The notes under the pieces: model-generated
Told to the model about the DNA's origin: nothing
The model's database searches: none
What the model saw: the letters and a program-made list of their open reading frames with translations, nothing else
Shown: positions 29,611-40,414 of the stretch, piece after piece
How the letters are laid out: every line of letters begins with the position of its first letter
Numbering within the stretch: position 1 is the stretch's first letter
Assembly: GCA_963764725.1 (NCBI GenBank)
Contig: CAVXTM010000011.1
Coordinates: 192,001 to 256,000, forward strand
Origin: an uncultured Gammaproteobacteria bacterium
Lineage (GTDB): Bacteria; Pseudomonadota; Gammaproteobacteria; JACCXJ01
Direction: 5' to 3'
Length of the DNA stretch: 64,000 bases
Program-made: the position numbers and the translations under genes

Positions 29611-31599
29611 CTAGCCGGGATTTCTCACCAATGATCTGGACGCAGAGAGAAACAAACCGTCATGAGGGCCCTCGAAAACCGCTACCTCAGCAATCTGCGA
29701 TATTCCCGACAGGCGGGAATCAACGAACTCGCGATGCCAAAGTTCCAGAACCAAGAGCGAGAAGACGTGGTCAGACCAGGCTTGAGACAACCGGCTTTTC
29801 GTCAGGAAGCGCTCAAGGAACCTTGCCTTGAAGTACCCGCGGCGAAGGGTTGAGTTATCGAGAAGAATCTCCTTGGCGCGGTCAGCCAGATCGTTCTTGA
29901 GCCAGGAGGTGAACGGCACCGGAAATCCGGCCTTTTTTCGGTTCAGGATTTCCGGAGGCAACTCCTTCGAAAATGCAGCCTTCAAAACGCGTTTGGTGTT
30001 GCGCCCTTGAACCTTGTGGCTGGGGTGGAGTGAGGCCGCAAACTCCAGCACCTTGTGATCGAGAAGAGGGACGCGCAATTCCAGAGAGTTCGCCATGGTG
30101 ATCTTGTCCGCCTTCACTAGAAGGTTGTCAGGGAGCCACGTTTTCGTATCGACATAGAGCATCTGATCGAGCAGAGACCAGTCTCCGCCTGTGGGAAACA
30201 CCTCGGCGAGCAACTGATTGGAAGAAATGCCTCCGGTCTCGCGGAGAAAATCCAGAGTGAATACTTCGGCGGCATGTCGATGAAAATAATCCGATGGGTA
30301 GGAGGTCCGGCTGAAATAATGTTCAAACAAAGGTCGCCCCAATGCCTCGGCATACCGCTGTACGCGATGCATCGCAAAGATTCCGGCACCAAAACCCACG
30401 ACGGCCCCGAGTGGGCGAGCGAATGGTCCGAAAAGACCGGCAATCCGGTTCGAGCAGAGCATGTTCGGATAATTTGGATATCCGGCGAAAGCCTCGTCCC
30501 CACCTTCTCCGGACAAAAGGACTTTGACGTGGCTCCGCGCGAGTTTCGAAACGTAGTGGAGCGCCACCGCTGGCGGTTGACAGATGGTTTCTTCCATATG
30601 CCAAACGTACGACGGAAGAAAGTGCCAGAAGTCGTCTGCTGAAATGCTGATCTCATAGTGCTCAGTCCCGAAGCGTTCAGCCGCAATGCGCGCGTACGGG
30701 CGTTCGTCAACAACGTGAGCGTCGTCAAAACCGACGGTGAAACTTTTCACCCTCTTTGACGTTCCGTGTACGGCAAAGCTTAAGATGGCTGAAGAATCCA
30801 GTCCGCCGCTAAGCAATACGCCGACAGGCACATCAGCGATCATGTGGTCGCGAACGGTGGTACCGATCAAATCGTGTAGTTCTTCGACAACGGTATCAAA
30901 TGGTTTGGACCAACGGTCTTTGCTGAACTGGAGATCCCAATATTGCCGGATGCTCCAAATGCCCTTTTTGGCGAAAAGATAGTGGCCGGGCAGCAGCTTG
31001 TGCACCGAGCGAAAAAGGGTGTCTGCGCCAGGGACGTATTTAAGCGTAAGAAATCGCCGGATCATCAAGGCATCGATATCGCGAGAGATATTGGGGTTGG
31101 CGATGATCGATTTGACCTCGGAGGCGAAATATAGGTTGTCGCCTATTTGACAGTAGTATAGTGGTTTGATACCGACACGGTCGCGCGCCACGAACAAGCA
31201 TTGCTTTGATTTATCCCATATGGCGAAGGCGAACATGCCGCGGAGGAAGCGGAGACAGTCCGTCCCATGTTCCTCATACAAGTGAATGATGACTTCGGTA
31301 TCTGTTTGCGAACGAAATACATGCCCTCGCGAGATGAGGTGTCCGCGCAGCGCCTGAAAGTTGTAGATTTCGCCGTTGAAAACGATCCAGACGGTTTCGT
31401 CTTCGTTGGTCATTGGTTGGCCACCGCCGTCGACATCGATGATCGAGAGACGACAATGGCCCAGTCCGACAGTGGTATCGAGAAATATTCCGCACGAGTC
31501 CGGACCTCGGTGACCGATGGGAGCGAGCATGCGTTTGATTTCCGCGCGGTCCACGCAGTGCTGTGACGTAAGATGAAGTTTGCCGACGATGCCGCACAT
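29611..31599 (-). CDS. asnB: Asparagine-synthase-like glutamine amidotransferase (probable polysaccharide amidation)
   Basis: N-terminal MCGI, HRGPD, FNGEIYN, LSGGLDSS, SGEGGDE, ELRVPLLD. Confidence 0.92.
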   Translation of the reverse strand: MCGIVGKLHLTSQHCVDRAEIKRMLAPIGHRGPDSCGIFLDTTVGLGHCRLSIIDVDGGGQPMTNEDETVWIVFNGEIYNFQALRGHLISRGHVFRSQTDTEVIIHLYEEHGTDCLRFLRGMFAFAIWDKSKQCLFVARDRVGIKPLYYCQIGDNLYFASEVKSIIANPNISRDIDALMIRRFLTLKYVPGADTLFRSVHKLLPGHYLFAKKGIWSIRQYWDLQFSKDRWSKPFDTVVEELHDLIGTTVRDHMIADVPVGVLLSGGLDSSAILSFAVHGTSKRVKSFTVGFDDAHVVDERPYARIAAERFGTEHYEISISADDFWHFLPSYVWHMEETICQPPAVALHYVSKLARSHVKVLLSGEGGDEAFAGYPNYPNMLCSNRIAGLFGPFARPLGAVVGFGAGIFAMHRVQRYAEALGRPLFEHYFSRTSYPSDYFHRHAAEVFTLDFLRETGGISSNQLLAEVFPTGGDWSLLDQMLYVDTKTWLPDNLLVKADKITMANSLELRVPLLDHKVLEFAASLHPSHKVQGRNTKRVLKAAFSKELPPEILNRKKAGFPVPFTSWLKNDLADRAKEILLDNSTLRRGYFKARFLERFLTKSRLSQAWSDHVFSLLVLELWHREFVDSRLSGISQIAEVAVFEGPHDGLFLSASRSLVRNPG

Positions 31600-31644
31600 A
31601 ACGAGGTTGGGATTTAACGCAGTATTGTTTCCCTGGCGACGTTG

Positions 31645-32577
31645 CTAAGGCCACAAACTCCGCCGGAACGTTAGCGCGCGCCACTGTTGGATCCTCAAGT
31701 AACGAATCATGGCGGGGTCGGCGACTTTCGGGATCCGCTTAAGGTAACCCTTCATAAAGCCGTACCACAAGCCGAGGCCTTCCCTTATTCCAGCTGGCGA
31801 AGGCAGGCCAAGTGTCCGCTTCAGGCACTTGCAGGCCATAAAGACCGGGTGATAGCCGGCGATGTAGTTTGCGAGGCCGTTCTTTATCCAGTTAGCCCAC
31901 GAACCGTAGGCCCCTCCAGTTGGTCGGTGGTGGACCAAGTGAATGTGCCGGAATGTGAGCGTCTTCCAGCCGAGCATGTTGGCTTTGACGTGATCCACGG
32001 TGTCCCAACCCGGCGCCTGGATCAGGCCACCGATGGCGTCGAAGCACTGTCGGCGGTAAATCTTCGTCGGGCCCCGCACATGGAACGCTGGCTCGCCCTC
32101 GAATTCCGTTACCGGTCTACCGTTGACCACCCTGCAGCAAGTTCCGCCAGCAATCCCCAAGTTTACGTCGGCCTGAAACTCCCGCAGGCAGCTCTCGAAG
32201 TAGTCTGCTCCAAAGGACAAATCGCCGTCGAATTTCGCGATGAAATCCCAATGATCATCAGCCACAAGATCGTAACCGTCGTAGAAGGCTTCAATTACCC
32301 CACTCCCAGCTTGGCGGGATCCGCGGTCTTTCCTGTGAACGGCGACGATCCACGGGTGTTGACTTGCCGCTTCGTCGATTAGCGCACCAGTGCGGTCGCT
32401 CGATCCGTCGTCAACCAGCACCCATTTCCATGGTTTTACGGTTTGCGCACACATGCAAGCAATGGTCAGGGGGAGATATTCCTCCTCGTTCCGGATTGGT
32501 GAGACTACTACATACTTGGGACTTGAGGGTTTGGCTATCGACATAGGTTTGGCTCCAGACGTTGGGCAGCGATCCAT
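31645..32577 (-). CDS. Glycosyltransferase family 2
   Basis: VVSPIRNEE, VDDGSSD, KFDGD, PGWD. Confidence 0.9.
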   Translation of the reverse strand: MDRCPTSGAKPMSIAKPSSPKYVVVSPIRNEEEYLPLTIACMCAQTVKPWKWVLVDDGSSDRTGALIDEAASQHPWIVAVHRKDRGSRQAGSGVIEAFYDGYDLVADDHWDFIAKFDGDLSFGADYFESCLREFQADVNLGIAGGTCCRVVNGRPVTEFEGEPAFHVRGPTKIYRRQCFDAIGGLIQAPGWDTVDHVKANMLGWKTLTFRHIHLVHHRPTGGAYGSWANWIKNGLANYIAGYHPVFMACKCLKRTLGLPSPAGIREGLGLWYGFMKGYLKRIPKVADPAMIRYLRIQQWRALTFRRSLWP

Positions 32578-32630
32578 CGTTATGGCTTACAGCCGCGTTT
32601 CCGCAAGCGCGGCATTCGGGACTCTATGGG

Positions 32631-33473
32631 TCAATGCGGTTTGGCGGCAAAATAGATCGGCTCGCGGTCCAAGCCGTAGCGCGAAATATCGATCTCCGGG
32701 AAAAGCTCCTTAACGCTAACCGTCAACACTTGGAAGCCGTTGTTGGCCAAGCAGCGGGTAAAGCCCGTCTCGGAGTAGCGTCGCACGTGGCCGGTTTCCC
32801 GCGGGTTGGGTCGGCCATATTCAAGGGTGTCCGCCAACGAGTGGTCGATCGGTACCTGAAACACCGCCTGACCACCCGGCCGCAACACGCGAAAGACCTC
32901 ACGAACGGCCGCGACATCGGCCGGGACATGTTCCAAGACGTGGAAGCAAAGGAAATAGTCGCAGGAGTTGCTTTCGAAGCGCGTGGCGGCTAGGTCGCCC
33001 TTTTCCATCGCGAAGTTCTTCAGGTCGAAACTCAAGTAGTTCTTCTGTTGCTTGCGCCACAAGCAGTAGGCTTGAAAAGTGCGCACCGGAGCGACCTCGA
33101 TCACGGCCTTGTTGGGAGAGAAGAAATCGGTGCGAGTATCGAGCACGGCGGCGAGAGACCGGTAGCGATGGGTGCAGCTGCAACGGGGGCAATTTGAATC
33201 GAGATCGAAATACCCGGAACCAACATTTGGATAGAAACGGGACCCTTGCCATCCGCAGATGTTGCACTGCGCACGTTGGCGGCGGGTGAAGACATCGGCG
33301 GGCAGGAGCACCCCAATGCAAACAAGCCCACGAAGGGCGTCGCACATACCTTGCGGATGACCGTGGATAGCGCTCCATAGAAAGTAGCGCGACCAACGAT
33401 AGGCGAGGCGTAGATGACCCATGCGAAACGGGACCGTCGGAAGGGGGGGGTGAGGATGATAGGGTGTTTGCAC
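32631..33473 (-). CDS. Class I SAM methyltransferase with N-terminal Cys pairs
   Basis: CNICG...CPRC, EVAP, HVLEHV, RVLRPGG, GHVRRY. Confidence 0.85.
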   Translation of the reverse strand: MQTPYHPHPPLPTVPFRMGHLRLAYRWSRYFLWSAIHGHPQGMCDALRGLVCIGVLLPADVFTRRQRAQCNICGWQGSRFYPNVGSGYFDLDSNCPRCSCTHRYRSLAAVLDTRTDFFSPNKAVIEVAPVRTFQAYCLWRKQQKNYLSFDLKNFAMEKGDLAATRFESNSCDYFLCFHVLEHVPADVAAVREVFRVLRPGGQAVFQVPIDHSLADTLEYGRPNPRETGHVRRYSETGFTRCLANNGFQVLTVSVKELFPEIDISRYGLDREPIYFAAKPH

Positions 33474-33653
33474 GATGGAAAATCAAACCCGGATGCTATG
33501 AGATACGGACGGGAGGCGCTGACAATATTTGGGCGCCGGGCTTTCTACTCCGGACATCAGCCAGATGGATCATTTGACGAAGGACACCCAAACCAATAGG
33601 CTTCTGCCGAGCAAAATTCATTTTTTCCGCAGGATTCCTCACATTGCTACCGT

Positions 33654-34703
33654 TCAGAGACGGACAACCTCTTCAGGTTGATCATGTTTTCTTACCCAAA
33701 TCTCCAGCCCGATCCCCCAGCGAAGTACGCTGACCCATTTGACGACGGCTGCGCCCCATTCGCTTGTTCTGCGCCTGATCAACGCAATGGGGAAAAAGAC
33801 CACTAGGACTCCCAAACGAACGACTGCAGCACCCGTGAGCCCGAGGCGATAGCCCAGGCTGTAAAGATTACCGTGGGTTTTCCTTAACAGCCGAGTTACG
33901 GACTCGCGCACCATGACATTAGAGAAGCAGCTATAGCTGTGCTGCGTGCTTCCGCCGCCGTGGTGAACAATCTCCACTTCGGGAACGTGGTAGTTCGTAT
34001 ACCCCGCCGCGCGGGTTTTGTAACACAGGTCCACGTCTTCAGCGTACATGAAATAATCAGGACTAAATCCCCCAACGACGTCGAACACCTCCCGCTTAAT
34101 CATCATGCAGGCTCCTGAGAGGACCTCTACCGGCGCTGGTGAAATTGCGTCCTTGAAGGTCGCAGCTGACATCCATAAGCTGAACTTCGGGAAACAGCGT
34201 AGCAAGATCTCGGCATTGAGAACCTGGTTTAAAATTGTGGGGAAGGGCTGTACACAGCTCGTCTGCAGTGATCCATCACTGTTGAGTAAACGACAGCCGA
34301 CGATACCTGCATGCGACAGTTCACGAAGGCGAGCGTAAAGGTGTTTGATGGCATGACCCCGAACCTCGGTGTCGGGGTTCAGAAGCAACAGGACGGTTCC
34401 GTGAGCGTACTTCGCGCCAAGGTTGTTGGCGCGCGCGAATCCTACGTTGCGCTCACTCTGGACGAAGCGAACCTGGGGATACAGGAGTTGCAGCATTTCC
34501 CCACAGCCGTCGAAGGAAGCAGAATCTACCACGATGATTTCGTATTCGATGCCGAAAGTGTTATATAAAATTGAAGCGACGCAATTTCGGACATAGTCCT
34601 TCGAGTTCCAGTTAACGATAATGATAGAAAGGTCGACCGGCGTTTGAGTCATTTCTTGCCTCTGAGGCAGCGAGAGCGAATTGTTATCAGGATCCGATGG
34701 CAT
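33654..34703 (-). CDS. Glycosyltransferase family 2 (rhamnosyltransferase-like)
   Basis: IIIVNWNS, GFARANN, LLNPD, GACMM, YAEDVD. Confidence 0.9.
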   Translation of the reverse strand: MPSDPDNNSLSLPQRQEMTQTPVDLSIIIVNWNSKDYVRNCVASILYNTFGIEYEIIVVDSASFDGCGEMLQLLYPQVRFVQSERNVGFARANNLGAKYAHGTVLLLLNPDTEVRGHAIKHLYARLRELSHAGIVGCRLLNSDGSLQTSCVQPFPTILNQVLNAEILLRCFPKFSLWMSAATFKDAISPAPVEVLSGACMMIKREVFDVVGGFSPDYFMYAEDVDLCYKTRAAGYTNYHVPEVEIVHHGGGSTQHSYSCFSNVMVRESVTRLLRKTHGNLYSLGYRLGLTGAAVVRLGVLVVFFPIALIRRRTSEWGAAVVKWVSVLRWGIGLEIWVRKHDQPEEVVRL

Positions 34704-34749
34704 ACGCCTACTATGAAGACTCCATGCGACGCAACTGTTTCATTGCGTT

Positions 34750-34786
34750 CCCCTCATCCTAACCTTCTCCCGAAAGGAGAAGGGAC
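34750..34786. repeat. BoxC/REP-like palindromic element
   Basis: CCCCTCATCCTAACCTTCTCC-CGAAA-GGAGAAGGGAC: pyrimidine-rich tail plus hairpin resembling proteobacterial BoxC-type repeats; single copy in the window. Confidence 0.55.
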
Positions 34787-34833
34787 TGTAAGCGGCAGGA
34801 GACGTACCGCTGTTCGCAAGCTAGCCTTTCAGG

Positions 34834-34845
34834 CACGCTACCGCC
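34834..34845 (-). promoter_or_regulatory. ops element (RfaH loading site)
   Basis: GGCGGTAGCGTG, perfect ops consensus, intergenic, 100 nt after the rfaH-like stop. Confidence 0.85.
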
Positions 34846-34944
34846 ATGCGAAGCACTTACGCGTTTCGCGAAAACGGTACTCGATTTGTAGCTTAACCCT
34901 CACTACATCTGCAGCGTGTCGCGGGTAACTGCCCCGCTGACGTC

Positions 34945-35445
34945 CTACGCCCTGTGTAGCAGATCGCGGTCGACGCTGATGTAGTTTTTCCTGCCGAGCA
35001 AATTAAGTAAAATAACCACGCGTTCAGGGCCGGTTTCGGCTTCGAAGATAGCGTCCACGCCAGACATGGGCCCAGCATCAATCACGACCTCTTCTCCAGG
35101 CGCAATTGCAGGCGCCTTGTCAATATGTCGGCCGTCAGCGCGGTCGGCGCTATGCCTCAGCGACTCGACGATGTGATCATCCACCAGGGCCAACTCGTCC
35201 GCGAAGCGCACGAGCTTGGAAACGCCGGTTGTGTACCGGATCGGACCCGTATTATCACAGCCAAGAATCAAGCTCAAAAACAAGTAACGCGGAAACAGCG
35301 GTTCAATGCACTGCCTCCGCCGTCCCCGCTGCCGCCGGGGCTCGGCAATAAGAGGCAGATACACGTCGTAGCTTTGGCGTTCCAGGTTCTCTTCCGCGAC
35401 TCTTTCTTGTCGCGGTTTCGTACAAACAGCGTACCACTGCTTCAT
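34945..35445 (-). CDS. rfaH: Transcription antitermination factor RfaH-like (NusG paralogue), copy 2
   Basis: WYAVCTKPRQE, NLERQ, EPLFPRYLF, KOW (GEEVVIDAGP). ATG 35445 overlaps the epimerase TGA. Confidence 0.88.
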   Translation of the reverse strand: MKQWYAVCTKPRQERVAEENLERQSYDVYLPLIAEPRRQRGRRRQCIEPLFPRYLFLSLILGCDNTGPIRYTTGVSKLVRFADELALVDDHIVESLRHSADRADGRHIDKAPAIAPGEEVVIDAGPMSGVDAIFEAETGPERVVILLNLLGRKNYISVDRDLLHRA

Positions 35446-36437
35446 GCGCACGACCGCATACCCTTTTGTGACAGTCTCGTCTGCCCTGCACGCTCGTTTG
35501 ACCACCAGGTCACCAGCCTGCGCAGACCTTCTTCCAACGAGACCTGCGTTCTAAAGCCGAGCAAGTGCTCCGCCTTGCTAACACCAGCCAGCCTCCTCGA
35601 GACAGTGTTAACTTTTCGAGCAGGACCGTATTCTGGGGCGAGGGTCACGCCCATCACGCAGCCAAGGGTTTCGGCTAGCTCGTTCAGACTCGTTTCGGTT
35701 CCGCTGGCAACATTGATGACATCGTCGGTGATGGACGACTTGGCCGCCTCTAAGTTCGCCCTCGCCACGTCGTCCACAAACACAAAGTCCATGGTCTGCG
35801 TACCGTCGCCGAGAATCAAACAGGGTTGGCCTTTCGCCAAACGCTCCATCCATCGAATCATTACCTCGGTGTATACCCCAAACGCATCCATCCGAGGGCC
35901 ATACACGTTGAAGTAGCGTAGCGCCACATAATTCAACCCATACATCTCGTAAAAGCTGCGCAGAAGGCCCTCGCTATACAACTTGATAGCCCCATAGATC
36001 GTCCTATTATCGTAACCATGATGTGTTTCAAATGTCGGGAATTCCTCGGCCTGTCCATAGATGGAAGCCGAGGAGGCAGCAACAACACGCTTGACCTTGG
36101 CTGCGACCGCAGCCTCGAGAATATTTAATGTACCCGTGGCCAGGACATCATGCGCCAGCCGCGGGTCTTCCGCGCACTGGGTGATACGGATCGCGGCTTC
36201 GTGGAAAACAATGTCAATGCCTTCCATGACCTTCCGCACCAGACTCGTGTCGCGAATATCTCCCTCCACAATGGTCACCCTGCCGCTGGCCATAGCCGGT
36301 GCGATATTCTGCCGCCTGCCGCGAGTGAAGTTATCCAGGACGACAATTTCCTGAACACCGTCGGCGACCAGTTGGTCGGCAATATGAGACCCAATCAGTC
36401 CTGCACCACCCGTTATCAATGCTCGTCTATGGTCCAC
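35442..36437 (-). CDS. NAD-dependent epimerase/dehydratase (extended SDR)
   Basis: ITGGAGLIG, YGAIK (YxxxK), LRYFNVYGP. Confidence 0.92.
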   Translation of the reverse strand: MDHRRALITGGAGLIGSHIADQLVADGVQEIVVLDNFTRGRRQNIAPAMASGRVTIVEGDIRDTSLVRKVMEGIDIVFHEAAIRITQCAEDPRLAHDVLATGTLNILEAAVAAKVKRVVAASSASIYGQAEEFPTFETHHGYDNRTIYGAIKLYSEGLLRSFYEMYGLNYVALRYFNVYGPRMDAFGVYTEVMIRWMERLAKGQPCLILGDGTQTMDFVFVDDVARANLEAAKSSITDDVINVASGTETSLNELAETLGCVMGVTLAPEYGPARKVNTVSRRLAGVSKAEHLLGFRTQVSLEEGLRRLVTWWSNERAGQTRLSQKGMRSCA

Positions 36438-36606
36438 GCTACCTCTCCTTTCTAGGGCTTATTTCTGTCGTTCTCCCGCACATTACGCCATCCGTGGCAC
36501 TAAACCGGGCTGGCACATCAGCGATGTTCTGGCTTTTGCCCTGGTCACCTGGCGTGCGGTTCTAAAGGATGGCCTCAAGATCGGCGTTCTAATCATGCGT
36601 CCAGTC

Positions 36607-38199
36607 TTAAGGGACCGAAGATGAGAAACCGAATGGCGCGAGCAGCCGCTGTATAGGGCGCGGAATGCGGTCCGGGGAGATGAGAGTGAGCAGAACTCGA
36701 ATCGAATAAACACTACTCAGAATCACCGCCAATGTTCCGACGCCGGTCGCCAACAACGAGGGTAGCGCATAGAAGCCGCAGAACACCACCGTGATCAAGG
36801 TGAGGCAAAGCAGGCCCGTTTTTCTGTTCGCGGCCGACCAGCGAAACCCGCTGAGTCGCCGAACGATCGGGTAGATCAGAAGTCCGTGGAAAACATAAGA
36901 TCCAAAGAAAGCAATGCCGGCGCCGTTCAAACCGAACGATGTCACACATATCCACGCGAGACCGACGTTGACGACCGTCCAAGCCAGTTCGGTCCAGAAA
37001 AAGAGTTTTTGCGCGCCTTTTGCCAGGATAATGAAGCCCATCGGCCAGGTAATCACGCGGAGCGTCATTCCAAGGCATATCCAACGCAGGATTCCCACCG
37101 CCGGATCGAATTCGGCGGTATAGAACAAAGCGATTACCACGGGTGCAAATGTGAGGGTGGCTATCACACCCGGACCCGCCAACAGCAGGCTGACTCTGCG
37201 CCTGTTCGTTCACCAATCGGTTGCACTCGGTATTGTCCTTGGCGACGGCGGTCAAGCGGGGATAAAAGTCCGCTCCCATTGCCTGCAGAATGAACCCAAC
37301 ATACAGCCCGCCCAGAGTCCACGCCGATTGATAGAATCCGGCTGCTTCGAAACCGACCATGCGGAGCACAATGATGCGGACCGCGTAGGCGGCCCCCATC
37401 GTCAGAAGCCCACTTGCCATGAATGCGAAGCCGAGCTTCAACAGTGCGGCTGCTTCCTGCCCTGACTTGGGACGCCGTCATTGAAGGCGTCTGGATCTGT
37501 ACCTTCCGGCTGTACCACCATGAGGTGATGATCGTCATCGCGGCAACCGCTACGAGCGATGGCACCACCCCCTCTTCGCGCAAGGAAATACACCAGGGGG
37601 ATGCTGATGATCGTGCCGAAGAGTGTACCCAGTACCCCCATCTTGGCGAGATCAGAGATGCGCCGCATTCCTTGGATCAACGCCCCTTGACCGGCGGATA
37701 CACAACGGAAAAACACAGCGACTGACAGCAGGGCTACGGCCGCGGCGTGTTGATCGCTGCCAAACGTCACGCTGGACACCTGTCTGGAAAACACGACCAG
37801 TAAAACAGCGCCCAATATTCCGAGGACGATCGATGTTCGTCGCAGCACCATGGCGGTTCGCGCGATCCTCTCTGTGTCGCCCGAACCGACTGCTTCGGCA
37901 ATCTGGCGCACGCCACTGCTGTTGATGCCCATTCCGGCAATGCTCTGAGCAAGGTCGACGATCGATCCGTACAGGCCCATCAATCCGACCCCGGCCGGAC
38001 CCAGCAACACCGCCATAGCCTTGGTACGAACGATTCCAATTGCGACGTTCAGCACCGACGAGCCGCCGATCAATGCCGAGGACTTCAGAATCTGGCCGTA
38101 GGTATGCCTCTCAGCCGTGGCCACCTCTGCCGCCTGAGGCATATCTCGTAGCGAGGGAGCCGAAACCGGATTGGCCACGCTAGGCGGCGTCACTCCCAC
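36607..38199 (-). pseudogene. wzx: Wzx flippase (O-antigen translocase) with three apparent +1 frameshifts
   Basis: Four overlapping ORFs join into one multi-TM flippase (YGQILKSSALIGG, RTKAMAVLLGPAGVG, MGADFYPRLT); extra bases near 37584, 37461 and 37195. May be sequencing error. Confidence 0.85.
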
Positions 38200-39442
38200 G
38201 CTTCAGTCGCCTTCCACACGTACGCCGTGGCTCCACAGCGAAATCATCAATTGCCTGCTCATGCTTGGAAAAATTCCTACCGCACGCATCGATTCTGTTA
38301 GGTCCTAGGACCGTTTGGTAATCACCACGCTTCCCGTTTGTATACTGAGCTTCGATCCAGCCATGATAACTGCCATCCATCACGCCTCGCCACCACGCCT
38401 CATTGCCGAGGTACCAGTCGACGGTCTTCTTGAGCCCAGTCTCAAAGGCCTCTTGTGGCTGGAAGCCGAGTTGCTTTTGGATCCTTTCCGCATTGATCGC
38501 ATAGCGGCGGTCATGGCCCGGACGGTCTTTGACAAACTTGATCAATGACTGCGCGCCAATGCCCTTTCCCGCCGGCGAGTCGGGGAAACGTTGGTGCAAG
38601 CTGCCGTCACGGACAAAGGCCTCGTCTAATAAACGGCATATCGCGCTTACCGAAGCAATATTCGTACCCTCGTTCTGCCCGCCTATGTTATAGGTTTCCC
38701 CACCTACACCCCGCTCCAGTATGCATTCGATTCCCCGGCAATGGTCTTCGACGTACAGCCAGTCGCGTACGTTCATACCATCGCCGTATACGCAGATTGG
38801 TTGGCCGTCAAGAACATTGATGATGGTCAGCGGGACGAGTTTCTCTGGGAAATGATAGGGCCCATAGTTATTCGAGCAGTTGCTAATGGTGACTTCAAGA
38901 CCATAAGTTCGGTGATAGGCACGGACCAGGTGATCCGAGGCGGCCTTGCTGGCCGAATAAGGGGAGCTCGGATCATAGGGAGTAGTCTCCTTGAACGCGG
39001 GCGCAGTTGCAGACAAAGAGCCATACACCTCATCTGTGGACACGTGATGAAAACGATGCCTTACCGGTCTGCTAACGCCGTCTAACCAAACTCCCTTGGC
39101 CGCTTTCAAGAGGGTGTGAGTCCCAACGATGTTGGTTTCGATAAATGTATCGGGGCCGAGGATGGAGCGATCGACATGCGACTCGGCGGCGAAATGCACG
39201 ATAGTATCGATACGCGCTTCGCGTAGCAGACGCTCGACCAGGGTCTGGTCACCTATGTCGCCGCGTACGAATTCGTAATTATGGTTCGAGGCGATGGGTT
39301 TCAGGCTCTCAAGATTGCCCGCGTAGGTCAGCGCATCGACAACGATAATGCGGTTTTCGGGGTAGCGCTTTATCCAGTAGTGGACGAAATTCGCGCCGAT
39401 AAAACCCGCGCCACCGGTGACTAACAGTTTGCGATTATTCAT
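38180..39442 (-). CDS. rfbB: dTDP-glucose 4,6-dehydratase
   Basis: TGGAGFIG, HFAAESHVDRS, STDEVYG, YSASK, DRPGHDRRY; ~50 aa atypical C-terminal extension. Confidence 0.95.
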   Translation of the reverse strand: MNNRKLLVTGGAGFIGANFVHYWIKRYPENRIIVVDALTYAGNLESLKPIASNHNYEFVRGDIGDQTLVERLLREARIDTIVHFAAESHVDRSILGPDTFIETNIVGTHTLLKAAKGVWLDGVSRPVRHRFHHVSTDEVYGSLSATAPAFKETTPYDPSSPYSASKAASDHLVRAYHRTYGLEVTISNCSNNYGPYHFPEKLVPLTIINVLDGQPICVYGDGMNVRDWLYVEDHCRGIECILERGVGGETYNIGGQNEGTNIASVSAICRLLDEAFVRDGSLHQRFPDSPAGKGIGAQSLIKFVKDRPGHDRRYAINAERIQKQLGFQPQEAFETGLKKTVDWYLGNEAWWRGVMDGSYHGWIEAQYTNGKRGDYQTVLGPNRIDACGRNFSKHEQAIDDFAVEPRRTCGRRLKRGSDAA

Positions 39443-39529
39443 GGTTTAATCGAAGGTGAGAGTTCGGCAGAAGCTTGCTCTCACGTTGAGGGACAGGCTA
39501 AGACAGCCAGTGACCGAGCTTCCCTAATT

Positions 39530-40414
39530 TTAATCCTCAATCTCATTAAGATCCGCCAGCATCTTCCTCAATGAGGCGCGCCAGTGCGGCGGAATCGAGC
39601 CTAAGAGTCTCCGCGTTGAGGCATTATCCAACACACTATAGGCAGGACGGCGCGCGGCCGTGGGATAGTCGTCTGTGGCGATCGGTATGACTGGGATAGA
39701 ACGCGATAACAGGCCCAATTGCCGCCCCTCTTCCTGGATCGCTACGGCAAAATCGTACCAGCTGACCACACCCGCATCGGTCCAATGATGAAGGCCCGTG
39801 ATCTCTGGCTTAGTCGCTATAGCCCAGATACACTGGGCCAACCCTCTCGCCCAGGTCGGTGTTCCGATCTGGTCCGCAACGACCCTAATCTCGTCGCGCT
39901 CGCGCATCAAACGCAGCATCGTCTTGACGAAGTTGGTGCCATGACTCGAGTAAACCCATGCAGTGCGCAGGACCACTGCTTGCCCATTGCAGATTTCCAT
40001 CACCGCTCGCTCGCCACTGAGTTTACTCGCGCCGTACACCCCAAGGGGGTTTGGCGGATCATTCGGCTTGTACGGCGCGGAGCCATGACCATCGAACACG
40101 AAATCGGTAGAGATTTGTACGAGCCGAGCACGCGCTGCCCCGGCTGCAGTTGCCACATGAGCGGCACCGGTGGAGTTCACGGCATAGGCCCGCTCCGATT
40201 CTTGTTCGGCCTTATCCACCGCGGTATAAGCGGCGGCGTTGATAATGAGATTTGGGCTGATGGAACGTACCGAATGTCGCATGGCATCCGGGTCGCAAAC
40301 GTCAAGCTCCGCTCTCGTTAAGGCGGTAACCTGCCACTGCGGCGGAGCGGTCCTCACAAGCTCCCAGGTTAATTGTCCACCCCCGCCAGTGATGAGGACC
40401 TTCACGGGAAACAC
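39530..40414 (-). CDS. rfbD: dTDP-4-dehydrorhamnose reductase
   Basis: TGGGGQL, NAAAYTAVDKAE, STDFVFDG, YGASK, DQIGTPT. Confidence 0.95.
   Translation of the reverse strand: MFPVKVLITGGGGQLTWELVRTAPPQWQVTALTRAELDVCDPDAMRHSVRSISPNLIINAAAYTAVDKAEQESERAYAVNSTGAAHVATAAGAARARLVQISTDFVFDGHGSAPYKPNDPPNPLGVYGASKLSGERAVMEICNGQAVVLRTAWVYSSHGTNFVKTMLRLMRERDEIRVVADQIGTPTWARGLAQCIWAIATKPEITGLHHWTDAGVVSWYDFAVAIQEEGRQLGLLSRSIPVIPIATDDYPTAARRPAYSVLDNASTRRLLGSIPPHWRASLRKMLADLNEIED

Noticed and set aside
38180-38340. RmlB C-terminal extension as a new domain
   Set aside because: No structure-like features, and it overlaps the wzx start; more likely a lost stop codon.
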